From the sequence record MF158041: a DNA stretch of 64,000 bases. The stretch is one strand, 5' to 3'. The translations under genes and the position numbers were made by a program. This stretch comes from Shigella phage Sf15. Below the pieces are notes generated by a model, which saw only the letters and a list, made by a program, of their open reading frames with translations, ran no database searches and was not told the origin of the DNA. How positions within the stretch are numbered: position 1 is the stretch's first letter; every line of letters begins with the position of its first letter. Below are positions 1-8,895 of the stretch, piece after piece.

Positions 1-234
1 ACCTTCATCGAATGCCATGTCAAGTTTCTCACTAATATCTTCTTCAAGTCTTGCAATTGAAAAGTTACCACGTACTTTGCAGACAACTCGTCCAAATTTG
101 ATATCGCTGCGACCTTTGCAATCTTCAGTGTACATTACAAAGTCACCATGATGTAATGTCTCACCAAACTTATCATTACCTAGTTCTTCACCAGCTTTGA
201 TTTCTTCTTTAGTTAACTTTTTAATTTTAGACAT
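1..234 (-). CDS. hypothetical protein (start at 234, 3' end cut by window edge)
   Basis: ATG at 232-234 on minus strand, frame open to position 1; not in ORF track because truncated. Confidence 0.3.
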   Translation of the reverse strand, partial: MSKIKKLTKEEIKAGEELGNDKFGETLHHGDFVMYTEDCKGRSDIKFGRVVCKVRGNFSIARLEEDISEKLDMAFDEG

Positions 235-553
235 GATATCTATCCAAGTTTCGTTTCAAGTAAATCCACTGGTCATCTGTGCGCTCTACACCCATGAACA
301 GGGGGGCTACAACAACTTTACCAAAAGTATTTCTGTGCTGGCAAATCTCGTAAGAGTACGGTTTATCAATATTTAAGCCATACTTATACAACACTGCTGC
401 TAATACTTGTTCATTATCCAGAATCGTTTCTGGCTTCTCTCCGTACTTGTCTAACAGTGAATCATTCATAAACACTGTCATAGAGAGGTTGTAGTTGGAG
501 AAGTGGCTTTTTGCCACCACTTCTTCACCTTTATTAATGTTCTGTGAATCCAT
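227..553 (-). CDS. hypothetical protein
   Basis: 108 aa ORF, tightly packed with neighbours in same orientation. Confidence 0.45.
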   Translation of the reverse strand: MDSQNINKGEEVVAKSHFSNYNLSMTVFMNDSLLDKYGEKPETILDNEQVLAAVLYKYGLNIDKPYSYEICQHRNTFGKVVVAPLFMGVERTDDQWIYLKRNLDRYHV

Positions 554-1289
554 TATAACCGACTCCTTTCAACCACTGCTTGAGGTTGATTGCATCATAA
601 TTCAATTTCGGATATGAGGTTACATGGAACTTCTCACCATCATAGTACACAATATCCGCAAGCCATAATCCATTCTCACGGCAGAAATCTTTATCTGCTT
701 TTGAAGAGATTGGTTCAACTTTAGAAAAGTTTTTAATGCCAAGACTACCAAGACTTCCAATCAGTCCTTGGCAGATAACGCATGTGTCAGATGTTACCAC
801 AAATAATTCTTTTGCGTCAACTTCTGCAATAAAACTTTCAAGTTGAACTTTTGGAAGATTAGACTGTTTCATAATCTTACCATCAGACTTGCGAATAATC
901 GCAAACCACTCTTTACCTTCGATGATTGATTGACGCAGGTAACATTCATCACCAGTACGTTTCTCAATATCAAACATCCGTTGTACAGCTTCTTGATAGT
1001 CGTCTGTGTATTTGAGGTTGTTGTTTTCACAAACAGCCTTGATAGCAGCGTCATGGTCATGTTGTGTCAGGAAAATTAAACCATCAAGTACATACTGCAA
1101 ATCAGCTTGAGCATCAAGGGTCTCAACAGGGTCTTTGGATTCTACTGCGGCGACTAACTCTCTAGCTTCTTCAAGCATACACAGGGATTGACTTTTCAGT
1201 GATTCCCAATACTCTGTGCTGTATGGTTCTTTTGGATTATTGCCACAACGTAGATTCCAATTTCTTACGGATTCTCTGGAATTAAACAT
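534..1289 (-). CDS. hypothetical protein; N-terminal region resembles MazG-like NTP pyrophosphohydrolase helices
   Basis: 251 aa ORF; acidic helical motifs LEEARELV and LDAQADLQYVLDGL suggest all-alpha NTP-PPase fold. Confidence 0.45.
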   Translation of the reverse strand: MFNSRESVRNWNLRCGNNPKEPYSTEYWESLKSQSLCMLEEARELVAAVESKDPVETLDAQADLQYVLDGLIFLTQHDHDAAIKAVCENNNLKYTDDYQEAVQRMFDIEKRTGDECYLRQSIIEGKEWFAIIRKSDGKIMKQSNLPKVQLESFIAEVDAKELFVVTSDTCVICQGLIGSLGSLGIKNFSKVEPISSKADKDFCRENGLWLADIVYYDGEKFHVTSYPKLNYDAINLKQWLKGVGYNGFTEH

Positions 1290-1519
1290 TAAGCCTCCTT
1301 ATCTTCAAACAACTTTTGTTGAGACTCAATATAGTCCATTCGTTCTTTGAGTTCAACACGTTTGCTTAACAGATGTTGAATTTGTGATTCCAGAGCATCC
1401 ATCTCGGATTCTGTAGCTGACTTAGCTTTACTGATAGTTTCCTTCAGTGCTGCTACGCCACTCTGGATTTTAGAAACATGGTCATTTTTGATTTTATTAA
1501 ACATTTTAAACTCTCTCAT
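1289..1519 (-). CDS. small coiled-coil protein
   Basis: 76 aa ORF, heptad-like charged sequence. Confidence 0.4.
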   Translation of the reverse strand: MREFKMFNKIKNDHVSKIQSGVAALKETISKAKSATESEMDALESQIQHLLSKRVELKERMDYIESQQKLFEDKEA

Positions 1520-2006
1520 TAAGTTTCATGATTTTAGTGATTCTCTTCTCAGCTTCATCATAAGTCTCTTTTGTAAGAAACTTGATTGCTGCAATGTTCG
1601 CATTGTAGAAGAGTCGAAGCTTAGAGTCAATCCTTTTTGTCATGACGTCAAACTTATGCTGTAGGTTAGCTTCGCCATAAACTAAGCCACCTCGCGTATA
1701 GTAAGTCTGGATGATGTAGAAGTCAAACTCTTTTTCACCAAAAGATTCAATATCCTTCTTAATGTATTCAGAAGATGTTTGATAAGTCATCCAATCACTT
1801 TCTTTTGTCACGACTTTACGTCTGGTCTTTCCAGCAACCTTTTTCTTAGTGACGTTATTAAATTGTTTCTTTCCAATATAATATTGTCCAGTTTTCTTAC
1901 AGTATACTAAATAGACAAAACCAAAATAGTTAGCGGGGTCAATTTCCCCGCACAGTGAAATCCAATGTCCATAAACATGGCAATTTCCAAATCCTTTAAT
2001 CTTCAT
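1506..2006 (-). CDS. GIY-YIG family nuclease (possible homing-type endonuclease)
   Basis: motif GFVYLVY...TGQYYIGK matches GIY-YIG signature. Confidence 0.55.
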   Translation of the reverse strand: MKIKGFGNCHVYGHWISLCGEIDPANYFGFVYLVYCKKTGQYYIGKKQFNNVTKKKVAGKTRRKVVTKESDWMTYQTSSEYIKKDIESFGEKEFDFYIIQTYYTRGGLVYGEANLQHKFDVMTKRIDSKLRLFYNANIAAIKFLTKETYDEAEKRITKIMKLNERV

Positions 2007-3036
2007 TCATAACTGGCTCCCAATTGTATTTTTTAAACGTAAAATCATCTTTAGGATTTCGTTCTTGATAAGCAATCCAGAAGTGTTGCTCCATCAGTTC
2101 TAGTGGAGTTCTTGTCACAATCTGACCATCCCACGATTCATAAGTGTAAGATTCTTTCTTAGCATAAAGTTCATAGATTGCGTCTAAGCACTCTTTGTAG
2201 GTAGTTTTACCTTCCAGTGCATTCATCACCGCAACCTTACCAGCACCTTTTAAACCGAAGTAGTTGTCTGCATTATCACCTGCTACAGCTTGATAGCAGA
2301 GGAATTTAAAACCTACTCCGACTGTCTTCTTAGCTTTCGGTTTAGATTTGATAGGGCAATCCCAAATCTCACCAACGTTATTATCTGCAATGAAAATTAA
2401 TGGAGCTTTCTCATAAGTCATATCAATACAGTAAGTTCCTTCAGCTTGACGAAGGTCTTTATCAATACTCATCAGAGCAGCTTTTTTACCCATCTTCTCA
2501 GCTTTTGCAATAACGATAGAGTCTGCTTCGAAGCCCCCCTTTAGGAGCTTAAACTCTGGTCGTGACAGAAGATACTCACGACAAGCAACTAGGTGTGTAG
2601 GTGTTACAGCTTCTTTTCTGTTACCTTGATATTGGTGTTCAAGACCTTTGATATCCTTGTGTTTGTGAACACCTTTCTCAGTAAGGTAACCCATCCATTT
2701 GCGTTCTTTACCAACGACTTTCAACCACTCCTGAAGAACTTGCTGTGTAGCCATAATTGCTTCAGCTTCACTCTTAGCCTCCTTCCAAGTCTGTCTTTCC
2801 CATTCATCTTCATCAAAGTCAAGTCCTAACTCTTCAGTTAAAACTCTTTGGTCAGACAGCCATTGTGCTGCCAGTTTTGCACTATCAAAAGCGTCGGATT
2901 CTTCAGCAGTGATTTTATTCACATACTTGTACTTTGCTTTTTCAACTACACAAGCACCTTTGTAAGCAATGCTATCAGAGTCAATAAAGACGTGTGTAAC
3001 GCTCTCTGGGAGCTTTGTTAAGGTGTATTGTTCCAT
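1996..3036 (-). CDS. 5'-3' exonuclease / flap endonuclease (RNase H-like)
   Basis: N-terminal VFIDSDSIAYKG resembles FEN motif hhDGxxhAYR; GDNADNYFGLKGAGKV resembles H3TH; start moved to Met at 3036 with GGAGAG RBS. Confidence 0.7.
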   Translation of the reverse strand: MEQYTLTKLPESVTHVFIDSDSIAYKGACVVEKAKYKYVNKITAEESDAFDSAKLAAQWLSDQRVLTEELGLDFDEDEWERQTWKEAKSEAEAIMATQQVLQEWLKVVGKERKWMGYLTEKGVHKHKDIKGLEHQYQGNRKEAVTPTHLVACREYLLSRPEFKLLKGGFEADSIVIAKAEKMGKKAALMSIDKDLRQAEGTYCIDMTYEKAPLIFIADNNVGEIWDCPIKSKPKAKKTVGVGFKFLCYQAVAGDNADNYFGLKGAGKVAVMNALEGKTTYKECLDAIYELYAKKESYTYESWDGQIVTRTPLELMEQHFWIAYQERNPKDDFTFKKYNWEPVMNED

Positions 3037-3098
3037 TGTACTCTCCATACGAAAAAGCCCCATACGTCTGTACAGGGCTTTGTAGTAGTTACTGACTA

Positions 3099-3959
3099 TT
3101 ACTCGTCGTCAGTTTCGAAATCATCTTCGTCGTCATCATCTGGGTTTGGCAGGTCGTCGTCATCGTCATCACCACCTTTACCTTCATCACCAGAATCTTT
3201 TGCATCTTCTTCAGTGATTTCACCGTTGTCTTCAACACCTGCAAGACCAAGCATTGCCAGTTCATCTTCATCCAGTTCAGTTTCAGTAGCACCACCAGTA
3301 CCACCAGTGTAAGGAACCAGAGTATCAATGATAAATTGTTCCTGAATTGGCTTGGTCAGAACGTTACCTTCAAATGTGTAGAAGTGAGTCGCCAGAATCA
3401 CACTACCAAATGAACCGTTACCAACTGCAATATCTGGATGAATTACATCGTAAGTCTTATCATCATCGTGCTTATCAGATTTTGCTGCCTTGATTTTCTT
3501 CATAGGCTGCTTAACTGCAACACGCTTACCATTGATTTCTTCAACCAGCATTACAGGGAAACTCTGTTTTGCTGACCACACAGCACCGTCTTTATATGCT
3601 GCTGAACGGCTAACCTTCAGGATGTGATAGGTGTCAGCTTCAAACGGAGGCTCACAACCAAACTTCTCTTCGAAGTCATCTGCATCAACAGCCTCTGTAG
3701 TAACTTTATCCCAACCTTCAGGACTCTTTTTAGACTTGGTGAACTCTTTAAAGAGCTTGTTACCATCTTTTGCCAGAATTGAAACGCTGTAGTTACAATC
3801 TTTGCCCGGAAAATGCTTATCCACAGATTTACCCTTTTGAGGACGTGGAATAGTGTTCAGGTAATAGAACCAAACATCTTTCAGCAGGTAACGAAGAGTC
3901 TCACGTTCTTGACCATTGTACTTCTCTACCGGAGCTTTCATTTTAACAACTTTAGACAT
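3099..3959 (-). CDS. putative ssDNA-binding protein with polyacidic C-terminal tail
   Basis: 286 aa, C terminus DDDDDDLPNPDDDDEDDFETDDE as in T7 gp2.5 / T4 gp32 type SSBs; replication gene context. Confidence 0.45.
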   Translation of the reverse strand: MSKVVKMKAPVEKYNGQERETLRYLLKDVWFYYLNTIPRPQKGKSVDKHFPGKDCNYSVSILAKDGNKLFKEFTKSKKSPEGWDKVTTEAVDADDFEEKFGCEPPFEADTYHILKVSRSAAYKDGAVWSAKQSFPVMLVEEINGKRVAVKQPMKKIKAAKSDKHDDDKTYDVIHPDIAVGNGSFGSVILATHFYTFEGNVLTKPIQEQFIIDTLVPYTGGTGGATETELDEDELAMLGLAGVEDNGEITEEDAKDSGDEGKGGDDDDDDLPNPDDDDEDDFETDDE

Positions 3960-4178
3960 TTTAATACCTCTTTCTCAAATTAACTTTCAACTCAACTATC
4001 AAGGAGTACAATCTTACAGACTTCGTACTCCCTTGTCAAACACTTTAAGCAGATTTCTTAGCTGCTTTACGAGCCGTCTTACCTGTACGAACTCGCTTCT
4101 GTACATAGTGTTCAGCAGATTTACCAGCAGTTGCTTTCATGGAATCGCCAAATACTTTCTCGAATGCTTTAGAATGTT

Positions 4179-4460
4179 TCATGAATCTCTCCGATATATT
4201 TCATATTCAAAATGTTTATTAGTCAAGGTAAAGATGTAAACTGTAGATAAACCATCAATCGCTAATGCAAACTGCTCAACATTATCTTTTGATAAGTGCT
4301 CAAACTTTACTTCATGCCCCTTGTTGATGAGTACTTTACCGAACTGCTCTATCTTAGTCAAGCACTCTTTTACAAATTTTTTTCTACTTTCTTCTGAATA
4401 GAAGGGTTCAAAACCCTCCTTCAGATAACTATCAATCAGTTTCGAACGGACAGTCATCAT
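4179..4460 (-). CDS. hypothetical protein
   Basis: 93 aa ORF between SSB-like gene and primase-helicase. Confidence 0.4.
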   Translation of the reverse strand: MMTVRSKLIDSYLKEGFEPFYSEESRKKFVKECLTKIEQFGKVLINKGHEVKFEHLSKDNVEQFALAIDGLSTVYIFTLTNKHFEYEIYRRDS

Positions 4461-6423
4461 TATCCTCGTTAATCACAGGTGGAATGGTGGAGCTTTCACG
4501 TTGCTCTTGTGTGTAAATCTCTCCAGATTCACGGTCAAAATCCACATCTTCATAGTGTGGCATAGAGTCATCATAATGGTCTTCAGCCTCACCAATACCA
4601 AACTGCTGACGAATATTCTCTGCTGCACCATCAATATCAACACCACATCCAGCAGCCTTTACAAGACGGCCTGTATCTGGATTGTACCAAGTGTGACCAG
4701 CAATACCAGTTGATTTACCATGACGACGACATTTTGTTAACTTGATTTTTGTCAAGTTCTTTTTAACAGGGTCTGGGTCAACCTTGTTACGCATAAGTAA
4801 AATGTTGTTCATGGAAATCTGGAAGTATGCACCAGAACCCTTGATATCTTCTTCAGAAATATCACCACCTTCAGAGTTAGCCTTTTGACCACCTGCACTC
4901 TTACGAACGTGACACACGTTTACCTGAGCATACTGATAACGCTTACAGCGACGAAGTAACTCAGACAGAACTTCTTCTTCATCTGTATCAGAGCGTGACA
5001 GCGCCAATGTAATAGGGTCAAGGATGATAATCTTACAATCAAGACTGTTAACCAGATAGTCAACAAACTCCAGCAGGTTATCTTGGTCAATTGCCCCTTG
5101 GTGGTCTACGATGTGGATACGACGACCTTTTGACAACTCAGCATGTGCAACCTTAATCTCATCCCAATTACGCTCATCGTAAGGAATCTCTGAAATCTGC
5201 TTACTAAGATGGATTGCACAGAGCATTTCCATAAGTTCTTCGTAAGTATCCTCTACAGGAATTACACCGATGTTGTACTCAGTATCCTTCCATGCTTTGT
5301 AAATCATTTCACGAGTATATGCAGATTTACCTACAGATGAAGGTGCAGCAAGGGTTGTAATCTCGCCTAAACCATACCCGCCATAAGTCAGCTTATTCAA
5401 ATCCCCGAAAGAATCTGGGAAAGGAATTAAAGGAATCTGACCACGATTCTTCATAGCATCGAAACCGTCTGCAAAGTTCTTGATACCAGCAGGACAGTAA
5501 CGAGGTGCATTGTAGATTCGTTGTTTAAATCCTTCTAAGACTGTATCTTTGTCTTTGAAGAACTTAGTCCACCACTCACTAAGGTCTTTAATACCTTCAG
5601 GATACTGGAACAGTCTTACTTTCTCAATAGGTAAGATACCAGCAGCTTCCTTAGTTGCTTTAGCCCCTGCTTCATCATTATCAAAGCATAGGTAAATCTC
5701 ATCAAAGGAAGTAATATACTGATAGTTCTCTTTGATAGACTTAACATTAGCACCAGATGGTACAGAAACGTGGCAGTAATTCTTACGTCTAGACTTATCT
5801 TTAATTGCTAAAGAAGTCATGTAGATTGCTGTAGCACATTCCATCTCACCTTCCCAGATGAAAAGACGGTTACCACCTTCTGGAGCAATCCATGAACCGA
5901 ACATAGCCAGTTCACCTTTAATATCTCCGACACCACCAGAAAAGTCTTTCAACTTACCACGTAAGTGCTCTTTGTGATAGTCATCTGGATATTTGTGACG
6001 AACACGATAGCCTACATGTTGCAACTTACCATCTTCATCCTTTTTGTATGTTGGATAGAAATGTGCATCAATATCACCGTTATCATCAATATCGACTTTA
6101 ATACCTAGACGCTCAAGGACTTTTGCAGGAATCTTCCTATCTTTTAAATCCATTGCTTCTAGGTTTTCTTTCACATCATCCAAATCCATACCACGAAATG
6201 TACGGTTTTTATTCTCTGAACCTGAAGTATGAGTACTCACAATCTGCCCTTTATCAAAATCCCACTCTGGAAAACCTTTTCCACAACTGAAACATGTCAT
6301 TGAATATGAACCGTCATCATGACGATATATAGAACCTGCATCTGAAGATAAACATTGAGGGCGTGGACATGCACAGTGACCTACAAATGTTCCAGCATCT
6401 TTCAGTTTTCTCGGTTTAGCCAT
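4432..6423 (-). CDS. bifunctional DNA primase-helicase (T7 gp4-like)
   Basis: N-terminal Cys4 zinc ribbon (CACPRPQC...CFSCG), TOPRIM-like IWEGEMECA and DNDEAG, Walker A LAAPSSVGKS, Walker B IILDPIT. Confidence 0.85.
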   Translation of the reverse strand: MAKPRKLKDAGTFVGHCACPRPQCLSSDAGSIYRHDDGSYSMTCFSCGKGFPEWDFDKGQIVSTHTSGSENKNRTFRGMDLDDVKENLEAMDLKDRKIPAKVLERLGIKVDIDDNGDIDAHFYPTYKKDEDGKLQHVGYRVRHKYPDDYHKEHLRGKLKDFSGGVGDIKGELAMFGSWIAPEGGNRLFIWEGEMECATAIYMTSLAIKDKSRRKNYCHVSVPSGANVKSIKENYQYITSFDEIYLCFDNDEAGAKATKEAAGILPIEKVRLFQYPEGIKDLSEWWTKFFKDKDTVLEGFKQRIYNAPRYCPAGIKNFADGFDAMKNRGQIPLIPFPDSFGDLNKLTYGGYGLGEITTLAAPSSVGKSAYTREMIYKAWKDTEYNIGVIPVEDTYEELMEMLCAIHLSKQISEIPYDERNWDEIKVAHAELSKGRRIHIVDHQGAIDQDNLLEFVDYLVNSLDCKIIILDPITLALSRSDTDEEEVLSELLRRCKRYQYAQVNVCHVRKSAGGQKANSEGGDISEEDIKGSGAYFQISMNNILLMRNKVDPDPVKKNLTKIKLTKCRRHGKSTGIAGHTWYNPDTGRLVKAAGCGVDIDGAAENIRQQFGIGEAEDHYDDSMPHYEDVDFDRESGEIYTQEQRESSTIPPVINEDNDDCPFETD

Positions 6424-6616
6424 TCACACCTCTTCGTTGTAGTTCTGCCTTAAGACCGTTTTCAATCTTATCAAGCTCATGGATTTCTTCTGCAATCTCT
6501 TTCCTTCTTGAAGCGACCCTTTCAAGTCGCTCCATCATAACTTCTTTGGAAAGAGATGAGAGTTCCACTGTACGGTGGTCAATTACTTTAAAGTTATTCT
6601 CTCTCATCTTCAACAC
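6416..6616 (-). CDS. hypothetical small protein
   Basis: 66 aa charged ORF. Confidence 0.35.
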   Translation of the reverse strand: MLKMRENNFKVIDHRTVELSSLSKEVMMERLERVASRRKEIAEEIHELDKIENGLKAELQRRGVNG

Positions 6617-6619
6617 CTT

Positions 6620-7360
6620 TTATAGATTGATAATGGTTTTAAGTTTACTCTCTAACTCTTCCATAGTTCCGTTATTCTGGATAATATCACGGGAGAAGTT
6701 AGTGGAAATACCACGTTCAGAGCTATGGGAAGCCACCTGAATAGCATCTTTTCTTGTAATCTCAATTATCTGGCTATCGTAGCTTTGAAGGAACTCAGCT
6801 TCAATATCAAACCTTAAATCACATATCAGTGCAATACCTATGTGACTTTTCTTAATGCAATCACCATAGAATTTTTCAATACGTTCTGCCAAATCTGTAA
6901 TCCAGAAACGCTCTCCAAGAATTTTACGGATAACCTCACTACCCCAGACTTGCTGTATTTGTCTTGAGGAAATCATATATTCATTTTTCAAACCAAGCTT
7001 TGTAAGCAATGTAGGTTTACCAACTTTCTTTAACTCTTTGATAAGCCTGTCTGTGATTTCCCCACAAAGTTTTGCATCTTCATGGATGCCCTTACTTTTC
7101 ATGTTTAGCTGGAAAGCCCATGTCACACGGGAGTTAAGATTGTCAAAATCTAAGCTAAACTTTTTAGGTGTTTCTTTCGTATCACCATACAGGTCTTGCC
7201 AGTTCAAGTCAAAGATAAATCCAGCAGTTGCTTTTAAGTTATCGGCAAACGCAAACACTTTAACAGTGTATCCAGCCTCATTCAATAGATTTTTTACAAT
7301 GCTGCAAGATGTATCCTTTCCAGAACGAGCTTTTCCAGTAAATGCAATAATACTTTTCAT
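6620..7360 (-). CDS. deoxynucleoside monophosphate kinase
   Basis: MKSIIAFTGKARSGKDT closely resembles T4 gp1 N terminus and P-loop; start moved to Met at 7360 with GGAG RBS. Confidence 0.75.
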   Translation of the reverse strand: MKSIIAFTGKARSGKDTSCSIVKNLLNEAGYTVKVFAFADNLKATAGFIFDLNWQDLYGDTKETPKKFSLDFDNLNSRVTWAFQLNMKSKGIHEDAKLCGEITDRLIKELKKVGKPTLLTKLGLKNEYMISSRQIQQVWGSEVIRKILGERFWITDLAERIEKFYGDCIKKSHIGIALICDLRFDIEAEFLQSYDSQIIEITRKDAIQVASHSSERGISTNFSRDIIQNNGTMEELESKLKTIINL

Positions 7361-7417
7361 ATCGTTCACTCCATAATAAAAAGCCCCCAATTAAGGAGGC
7401 TTAAGGGTATGCCACAA

Positions 7418-8212
7418 TTATTGTAGTTTAGAACCAGTGAGTTCACGCTCAGACATTGCTTCTAACTGCTGAACAAACTCTTCACCGAAGTTGATTGCAA
7501 TCTTGGTGCTAAGAACTGCTGCACCAGTTTGGCTAAATACATCCCCGAGTGCTGCTGTATGAGCACCTTGTGAAATGCTCTCTACAAAGCTTGGGTCAGA
7601 CTCTAACATTTTTGACACTTCAAGTAAAGCATGGATACCCATGATACTAAAGATAGCGTTTAACAGTGAAGTTACCTTAACCTGAATAGGGTCTAAAGAG
7701 AGACCATTAGTAATCTCTGACAGCTTATTCATTGTCTCATCAGCGTACTGAATTGCCTTGTCAGAGACTTCATCAAAGCCCCAATCCAGTTTTGCATAAC
7801 GTGGTGACTTATCATTCATACGCTTCTCTAGCGATGCCATTACAGCAGCAACTGGTGTACAAATACCTTTCAGAAGGTCTTCATCACTCATGTTATCAAG
7901 TTCTTTAATACCCTGCTCAGTAATCTGGATGTATCCACCTGAATACATTTCATCAAAGATGTATGCTGCAAAGGCATCAACACCAATGAAGATGGTCTTC
8001 AGAGCATCAGTCTTATTAGACAGCAGGTATTCAACCTCTTTACGGAAATCTTCGTCATTCTCTACAGCGTTTTTTACAACACGCAGAGATTCAGGGATAA
8101 ATTTTCCTGACAGTGAGTTGCTACGCATAATGATAGCAAGAGTCTCAACGGTGTTCAGCATGAATGCTTCGTCAATACCTTTTTCTTCCAGAATCTCATT
8201 TACAGTTTTCAT
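7418..8212 (-). CDS. hypothetical protein
   Basis: 264 aa ORF. Confidence 0.5.
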   Translation of the reverse strand: MKTVNEILEEKGIDEAFMLNTVETLAIIMRSNSLSGKFIPESLRVVKNAVENDEDFRKEVEYLLSNKTDALKTIFIGVDAFAAYIFDEMYSGGYIQITEQGIKELDNMSDEDLLKGICTPVAAVMASLEKRMNDKSPRYAKLDWGFDEVSDKAIQYADETMNKLSEITNGLSLDPIQVKVTSLLNAIFSIMGIHALLEVSKMLESDPSFVESISQGAHTAALGDVFSQTGAAVLSTKIAINFGEEFVQQLEAMSERELTGSKLQ

Positions 8213-8636
8213 CTTTAATCTCTCTCATTTTGTTAATAGTAAGTCGTGATAATCTTAAGCTTTCTTGTGAAGAGAAGTCAAGCCCTTTTTCAGACCGTGG
8301 GAAGTAATTTCTGTCCCATGTATTCTCTGCATCCTGAAGCAGTTGGGATAGACTATCTAAGTCCGTTCCATTTTGCAACTTATTTTTTAAGGTATCTATC
8401 AAAAAGATTGTGTCTTTCGCTTTACGTCTTTCTGAAGATATCTCTTTCATGTGCTCAAATACCGAGCACTTTAAACCTTCGTCATATCCACTTGATAGTT
8501 CTATCTCATGCTGAACATCAACCATTCGACGATGTTGATAAGCATACTCCTTCTGAGCCTCAATGTAAAGTGCTTCAACTTTTTCTAAAGCTTGGACAAG
8601 GTTATTGATATCTGGGTGAACGTACATCCTCTGCAT
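8196..8636 (-). CDS. hypothetical protein
   Basis: 146 aa ORF, first gene of the minus-strand early block. Confidence 0.45.
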   Translation of the reverse strand: MQRMYVHPDINNLVQALEKVEALYIEAQKEYAYQHRRMVDVQHEIELSSGYDEGLKCSVFEHMKEISSERRKAKDTIFLIDTLKNKLQNGTDLDSLSQLLQDAENTWDRNYFPRSEKGLDFSSQESLRLSRLTINKMREIKDENCK

Positions 8637-8895
8637 GATTGCCTCTGTTAAGTATCTATAAAGATTTTAATCTCTTATCTTTATGTATGTTATACATATA
8701 ACTTTAAAGCTTTTTAAAAGCTATTAAAAATCTTTTAAGACTTTTAAAGAAACTGTATAGTTAATCTATAAAGGGAGTCTATTAAGATAAAACCCACTTC
8801 GAAAAGACTAACACCTTGTCAAGTAGTTTGTCAACTTGCTTTTTGAAGAAAATTGCTGTAGGGTATTATCCAGAATGATTTGAGAGGGAGTAAAA

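Noticed and set aside
3028-3312. Plus-strand ORF encoding a poly-Ser protein
   Set aside because: It is the antisense reading of the poly-Asp/Glu codons of the minus-strand SSB-like gene, so a compositional artefact.
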